This document shows, in pieces, positions 56,026 through 64,000 of a stretch of 64,000 nt of DNA; position 1 is the stretch's first letter, and each line of letters starts with the position of its first letter. Position numbers and translations under genes: made by a program. Location: the NCBI GenBank assembly GCA_951406725.2, contig OX597825.1, forward strand, positions 28,148,001 through 28,212,000, given 5' to 3'. Source of the DNA: Octopus vulgaris (lineage: Eukaryota). The notes under the pieces are model-generated. The model saw only the letters and a program-made list of their open reading frames with translations, was not told the DNA's origin and ran no database searches.

Positions 56026-56408
56026 TACTCTTTCATTCTTTCACTTGTTTCAGTCATTTGGCTGCGGCCATGCTGGAGCACCACCTTTAGTTGAGCAAAT
56101 CGACCCAGGACTTATTCTTTGTAAGCCTAGTACTTATTCTATCGAATCGCTAAGTTACGGGAGCGTAAACACTCCACCATCGGTTGTCAAGCGATGTTGG
56201 GGGGACAAACACAGACACACAAATATATACACACACATACATATATACATATATATATATACAAATATACGACGGGCTTCTCTCAGTTTCCGTTTACCAA
56301 ATCCACTCACAAGGCATTGGTCGGCCTCAGGCTATAGTAGAAGACAATTGCCCAATGTGCCACGCAGTGGGACTGAACCCTATGCTACTTACCACACTGC
56401 CGCTCCTG

Positions 56409-56412
<4 letters not shown>
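56026..56412 (-). mobile_element. SINE A (copy 1 of local duplication)
   Basis: Consensus match with internal deletions. Confidence 0.88.
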
Positions 56413-56445
<33 letters not shown>

Positions 56446-56450
<5 letters not shown>

Positions 56451-56660
56451 AATGCGACCGCGTGTGTATCGTTGGCGAATTTTTTTCCCCCATCTTCCCT
56501 TCCTTAGATCTTTCCTTTTCTTATGTTTCTGACGAAGAGCTCCGCTCGAAGCGTTAAATCCTCCTCCTTTCTTTCCTTTCCTGAGTGTCCAATAACAATA
56601 TACTTTTTCCACGTCCTCGCGTTGCTGTGTTTTCTCTTTGTGTTTTCATGTTTGGATTAA
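56446..56660 (+). mobile_element. Family D copy, hammerhead core with GAAA changed to GAAG
   Basis: 56525-56559 GTTT-CTGACGA-A-GAGCtccGCTC-GAAGC-GTT-AAAT. Confidence 0.7.
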
Positions 56661-56675
56661 CTCTCTCTCTCTCTC

Positions 56676-56789
<114 letters not shown>

Positions 56790-56957
56790 CGTGTATGTGA
56801 ATAAAGGAAGACAATTTATCAACAAGTATAAACCACAATTAAATATATACCCAACCACAACCAATATATAAGGACAGATACTTAAACACAATTTTAAACA
56901 TTTTTATACACATCATTTTTAAAAAATACTTCCCATCATCTTCGTTTTTCAATATAC

Positions 56958-56992
<35 letters not shown>

Positions 56993-56996
<4 letters not shown>

Positions 56997-57424
56997 CTTT
57001 TTACTCTTTTACTCTTTTACTTGTTTCAGTCATTTGACTGCGGCCATGCTGGAGCACCGCCTTTAGTCGAGCAAATCGACCCCGGGACTTATTCTTTTTC
57101 TAAGCCCAGTACTTATTCTATCGGTCTCTTTTTGCCGAACCGCTATGTAACGGGGACGTAAACACACCACCATCGGTTGTCAAGCGATGTTGGGGGAACA
57201 AACACAGACACACAAATATATACACACACATACATATATACATATATATATATACAAATATACGACGGGCTTCTCTCAGTTTCCGTTTACCAAATCCACT
57301 CACAAGGCATTGGTCGGCCGGGGCTATAGTAGAAGACACTTGCCCAAAATGCCACGCAGTGGGACTGAACCCAGAACCATGTGGTAGGTTAGCAAGCTAC
57401 TTACCACACATCCACTACTGCGCC
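56993..57424 (-). mobile_element. SINE A (copy 2 of local duplication)
   Basis: Consensus match. Confidence 0.88.
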
Positions 57425-57440
57425 ATATATATATATATAT

Positions 57441-57718
<278 letters not shown>

Positions 57719-57855
57719 CCATTGAATATAGGAAGACAATATCAGTTCCATTCAATTAAAAACTGTCTGACCACAACCAATATATAAGGACAGACACTTA
57801 AAGTAGCAGATTTTGTTGAATTTTCTACACATCATTTTTAAAAAATACTTCCCAA

Positions 57856-57894
<39 letters not shown>

Positions 57895-59723
57895 AACACA
57901 CACACAAGCACACATGCACAAACATACACACCAACACAAAAAAGAAAAATCGCAAAAATTACACACACAAACACACACATACAGAAAACGTCACTAACAC
58001 ACGCTAACATACACACATACAAACGTACACACATACAAACATACACACATACATAAAAACACATCACAAAAACACACGCACACACAAATACACGCATACA
58101 CACACCTGTACAAAAATGAAAACATCACAAAAACACACATACACACAGCTGGTGACCACACACATACACACAGGTGGAGACACTCAAAAGAATAGATCTA
58201 ACCCAAAGAAAAATCCTAATTCCTTTTTCAACAAGAGAAATTCTTCGCAGCATACACACCCATCACCTCACAGATGGTCATTTTTCAAAATATACTGAAA
58301 GAACATTCAACACAATGCACACACGCGCGCGCGCACACATCCATTCAATAAATGCTTTTCAGCCACTCCTTTGACAGGAACTCACAAAGATTTCTTTTAG
58401 ACAATAGACAGCCCTTCTCTCACTCTGTAACACTTTGAACTCTCCACCAAACTATATTTAAAGAAGACTTCAACGAAAAATCTCCAGACATGCTCTTGAC
58501 CACCAGACAGAAAATAGACTGCTTTTCTTTCAAAAAAAAAATTTTACAAACTTTCATACATTTTTACTAATATTTGATGAAATACATCGAAACCGGTTAA
58601 TATTAATATTTTTATTTATATAATCTTTTATTAAATTCCCTCTTAAACTGAAATGTGTTAGACTTAATTCTGTGCTATTTCCACCTCAATGGTTTTTATA
58701 TATAAAATTTCGAAATTTTAATTGCTCTCTAATCTGTTTTCAACTCTGTGTGTGTGTGTGTGAGCACGGCGTTGATGGGATTATAGCATGACATACATTG
58801 TTACTTTGATAGTGATGTTTCTAGAAAAGCCTTTTGTACGAAACAGTGATTGATCTCCGAGAAAATTAATGCCCAATTTTTGTAGTAAATGAAAGGTGAC
58901 TCTCTTGTATGTTAGAGTGCCACAACATCTTAATACTGAATGTAATGTACTGAGATGTCTTCGGTTAGAAACATTCCACTAGAAATTGCTGCAAAAGCCA
59001 GATTTACTGATCATTTAGAAAGTAATTGTATATCGTCTTCTTGTACCACAACGAAGGACAAGATGATGTAAGATATACACAAGAAAGATTCTGGTTCTGA
59101 ATATGGGTGTTATTTTCCTCCGTCTGGCAGTTCACGAATTATGAAGACAATTAAGAATGACAGGCGTGTTTTTTCTCCTTTCCTAGCTGTTACAATTATC
59201 TTAACGAAAAAAAATATATTACCTTCAGCTTCAGCAAATATGTCACTTATTATTAAATAAATTATGTCTCGAGAAGCAAGCGATAGGACTTTCAAAATAT
59301 TCAACACATATGTATTTTTGTTTAATTCTTCCTTTCATTGCAGGTTCGTTAATTTTGAACCTAAAGCTAATGTTCATTTTAATAATGCTAAAATTTCCAT
59401 TTTCTCTAAATAAAAGTTTAATTTTCTTTAGTGTCACGAAATCCGTTATGTCACCTGGAAATTTTAACAAATATTAGCGGAACATATTTAAGATAAAGTT
59501 TTTAATTTCCTAGCGTTTTTTTTTCTTTTTTATTGTTTTTTTGTTTTTTTCCACATATTTAAAATATATTTTATTGTGACATACTCCCCGTCGCTGATTG
59601 CAAATACTTCTTTCTTCTTTCAATGTTACTCTCGAAAGCAGTCAATCAGTAACAATGGTGCACAGCAATGTTCACTCACAATGCAAATGCAAATAAATAG
59701 CAAAATTTCTCTGGGTAATGTAT

Positions 59724-59954
59724 CTCTTTTATCTCTTTTACTTGTTTCAGCCATTTGACTGCGGCCATGCAGCAGCACTGCCTTTAGTCGAGCAAATCGA
59801 CCCCAGGACTTATTCTTTGTAAGCCTAGTACTTATTCTATCGATTTCTTTTGCCGAATCACTAAGTTACGGGGACGTAAACACACCACCATCGGTTGTCA
59901 AATAATGTTTGGGGACAAACATAGACACACAAGCATATACACACATACATATGT

Positions 59955-60007
<53 letters not shown>

Positions 60008-60061
60008 TATACATACATACATACATACATACATTCATACATACATACATACATACATACA

Positions 60062-60097
<36 letters not shown>

Positions 60098-60272
60098 TAT
60101 ACATATATACATATATACGATGGGCTTGTTTCAGTTTTCGCCTACCAAATCCACTCACAAGGCTTTGGTCGGCCCGAGGCCATAGTAGAAGACACTAACC
60201 CAAGGTGCCAAGCAGTGGGAATGGACCCGGAACCATGTGGTTGGTAAGCAAGCTACTTACCACACAACCACT
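59724..60272 (-). mobile_element. SINE A with expanded internal microsatellite
   Basis: Consensus ends with ~190 bp of internal (CA)/(TA)/(GA)/(TACA) repeats. Confidence 0.88.
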
Positions 60273-60989
60273 TGCATTAAATTCTATATTCTAAATCTCG
60301 AAAATCGATTTAGGACGTTCGAAATAGTTTCAGTCAGCTGAGAAGTATTTCAAGTTGCCCTGTTTGTATATGAACTACATAGGTTACATATATCATACAT
60401 TGATGTGGTTTGGAAGGAGGAGATCCCCGTTCATAAGCCACTGGTATTAAATAAAGTATCAAGCTCGTACCTTGTGCAAATTAGTATCTCAAGTTCTGTG
60501 TAGCTACTGAATATACTATGTATGTATAGAGATTGGCTATTTGATTCCCTAGGGTTAGTCAAATAAATGAGAACCCAATAAGGCATGAAAATGGATTAAG
60601 GTTGTTGGTCGTTGTTTTCAATTTTCGGTGATATGTTAGACTTGACATGATTTATATCGACAACACTGGTTTGATGTATGTGTGTGTGTTACTAAGAAAA
60701 TTAAAGCCATGTATCTATGCTATATATTGATTTACCCTGCGCTGGCTTCATTACTTTGTGGCAGAGACAAAGGGACAATCCATGCCGTGAAAAACCCTAC
60801 CATGGTCTTTTCATTTGCAGCGAAAGTTATGACCCCAGGCTTTAGGGATGTAAAAGGCATATTTACTGCGAGTAAAAATTGATGGCTTATACATTTTTTC
60901 AAATGATAAAAATAATAAAAATGTTACTATTACTACTAATTCTACTACAACTGATAACAACAACAACTATGATAATAATAATAATAATA

Positions 60990-61058
<69 letters not shown>

Positions 61059-61174
61059 TTAATAATGATAATAATATTAATAATAGTCGATATCTATATA
61101 GTGCAGCAGGAGACTACTTTGAAAGGGCCACACTTTCAATACAGAGTACTATGCTAACATGCTGATACGGTTTC

Positions 61175-61802
61175 GAAAGGTTATCGAAACCAAGCGCCGA
61201 GAAAAAAGCTGACGAGAGTTTGTTTCATTTGGACACTGCTCCAGTACACAAGTCCTTGGATTCAAAGATTGCTGTGCGAGACTGGCTTTTAAGAACTGGA
61301 TTATCACTCGCTCCTAATCTCCTGAGTTGCTCCACATGTCTAGCATGCTGGGTGCTAGTATCGCAGTTGTGATGACGTCATATTTTCTTTTTTTTGCTGC
61401 ACTTTCAGCTCAGAGCTGCGGCCAACCGCCGTTTTGTAACACTGTTATTACTGGGACCCTCCTCCAATATGTGGCACTTGGTGACGAATGGAATTTGATA
61501 TAGCTACCCTCATTTGCACCTCTTGCCGTGATGCAGGTTCATCTAGGACTCTCGACAGGAAGAGGTCCAGCTTTGATTTAATTATTGTTTAATTAAATTA
61601 ATTATTGCTTAATTAAATTTCATTATCAATTATTGTTGATAACTTTTTGAATAATAGGATACATTTTCTACAGCAATAGAATCCAAGCACTGCGACACCG
61701 ATCGAAGAACCGCCAGGGGAACCATATTTAAAAATAAACCGCATTTGGTCTCCTTTCATGAGAGTGTTTCGCTCAGCCTGTGAACTTTTTAGTCTACCTT
61801 CG
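61175..61802 (+). mobile_element. 3' half of a mariner related to the 39127 element, interrupted by a LINE fragment
   Basis: LFHLDTAPVHKS-like motif; right TIR TCAGCCTGTGAACTTTTTAGTCTACCTTCG|TA matches the reverse complement of the 39127 left TIR. Confidence 0.75.
61383..61581 (-). pseudogene. CR1-like LINE 3' end nested in the mariner
   Basis: KSKLDLFLSRVLDEPASRQEVQMRVAISNSIRHQVPHIGGGSQ*, then GGCGGT-TGGCCGCAGCTCTGAGCTGAAA and an A-rich tail. Confidence 0.72.
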
Positions 61803-61979
61803 TACCCTACTATATTTAACTCAAATAATTTTGTGCGTGTGTATGACCCAGTTGATTGGTTGAATTGGAGTATTTTCTCGGCAAAATAGAAACTGTTTGA
61901 TGTTTACTTTCAGCCATTTAAATTTAGGTTACACATAGATAAAAGTTATTTGATAGAATAATATTTACCTGCTTGGCGC

Positions 61980-62008
61980 GTATGCATGTATACATACATA
62001 CATACATG

Positions 62009-62041
<33 letters not shown>

Positions 62042-62070
62042 GTATCGATATATATATATACATATATGTG

Positions 62071-62107
<37 letters not shown>

Positions 62108-62768
62108 GTATGTATGTATATGCACATACATCATTCCACACATACATATGTATAAATATACATCAAACATATGTACATATATATATATATATATATATAT
62201 AGATAGATAGATAGATAGATAGATATATAGATAGATATTGATATATATATATTGATATCATTTACATATAAATGTATATATGTCTTTGTATCTATGTTTC
62301 TATGCATACATACTCATATATTTATAACTATGTGTAGGAGTGTGCGTCTCGGCATCTGTATGCGAACGTTACATAAAAATTGCAAAGTGTTATCAAATAG
62401 GCAACTAAGATTATGCTATCACGTTATCACTTTTTTCTCATTTAAAGCATTAACAAGATATCAAATTATGTTCGATATCTATTTGATACTACTTCTAATA
62501 TCTTTGTAGTAGAAAATAAAATATATACGAAATGCTACGCACACTCTCAGATATTTATCATGTGATAAATGCTTTATTCTAATGGTATATTCGGGCATAA
62601 GGTTTAATGCTCTTCACTATTTGAAAAAGAAAATTATGATGACTATCAACTAATTATATAATCATCTGTCAGTCTATATATGTATACGTACACACACATA
62701 TATATTCGTGATATGTATTAGAAAATGAACATATATCCATAATAATATATACTTTGATAAATAAATGC

Positions 62769-62804
<36 letters not shown>

Positions 62805-62919
62805 ATGTGTGTGTGTGTATGGGTATGTGTGTGTACCTGTATGTGTGTGTATGTAATTGTACAAGGATGGAGGAATAGATGGATGTATATAGATGTATGC
62901 ATGCATACACAGTCAAACT

Positions 62920-62963
<44 letters not shown>

Positions 62964-63209
62964 CATGTATACATGTATATATACATGAATATATATGTAT
63001 ATATGCATACATATATACACATACCTATATATATATATGTGTGTGTGTGTGTATATATATATGCATGTATACATGGATATGTAGGTGTATATATATGTAC
63101 ATATATATATATAAATATTTATATACTTATATGTACGTATATGTATATATATATGTATGTATATATACTTATATATATATATATACGTACATATAAGTAT
63201 ATAAATATT

Positions 63210-63265
<56 letters not shown>

Positions 63266-63562
63266 CACATGTATATATATATATAGATAGATAGATGTAT
63301 ATGTATATATATTTGCTTACATGTCTGCGTGTGACTGTGGTGTTGTAATTATAATATGACTGGCTGTGTGCATTTGTGTTTATGCTACTCTAATACTGCG
63401 AGTAAATATTGCTGGCTTATGCAATTTTTTTGTTCCAATGTTAGAAAATTGATAAAAATAATAAAAAATGATATTACTACTTCTTCTACTACAACTAAGA
63501 ACAACAACAATAACAATACCAATAATAACAATAGCAACAAAAACAACAACGACAACAAAGAC

Positions 63563-63596
<34 letters not shown>

Positions 63597-63862
63597 TTAA
63601 TAGCAGTCGATATCTATATAGTGCAGTAAGAGACTCTACTATCTACGAGAGAAATATATGATTAAAACACTTTGTGTATTTTTCTTTGTTGTCACAGGTA
63701 TATTAACTCTATAACGTCTCACATATCAAATATACACAAACAATTTTCATTGATCTTCGGTTTTTCGTTTCTCTTTTTTTGAGAATGTTTGATGTAAATC
63801 AATTAAATTATCTTACTTAAATATATTAATATATATATCTTATATCATACATGACATATATG

Positions 63863-63932
<70 letters not shown>

Positions 63933-63968
63933 GCGTATATATCTATATCTATCTATTTATCTATCTAT

Positions 63969-64000
<32 letters not shown>
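61980..64000. repeat. Microsatellite-dense terminal zone: (TA)n, (TACA)n, (AGAT)n, (AAT/AAC)n at 63470-63600
   Basis: Direct reading. Confidence 0.9.

Overview
AT-rich, microsatellite-saturated eukaryotic non-coding DNA. The repeat content resembles an Octopus/cephalopod genome (my inference from recalled repeat families, not checked). I find no convincing host protein-coding exon; almost all listed ORFs are translations of (TA)n/(CA)n/(TACA)n tracts. The window is a transposon graveyard: three tRNA-headed SINE families (called A, B, C here; about 30 copies or fragments), a short Penelope-like family (D), several mariner/Tc1 relics, CR1-like and R4/NeSL-like LINE 3' fragments, a non-autonomous Helitron, three foldback/MITE-like inverted repeats, and 142-bp, 191-bp and ~25-bp tandem arrays. 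The best unexplained signal is a set of independent minimal type-I hammerhead-ribozyme-like motifs (best at 9555-9616, 24309-24377, 48980-49014) with palindromic or near-absent stem III, the architecture known from Penelope-like elements. Other observations: SINE/LINE shared 3' tails, modular SINE shuffling, fixed-junction SINE dimers and template-switch palindromes. Some oddities may be long-read assembly artefacts. All coordinates were read by eye and may be off by a few bases.
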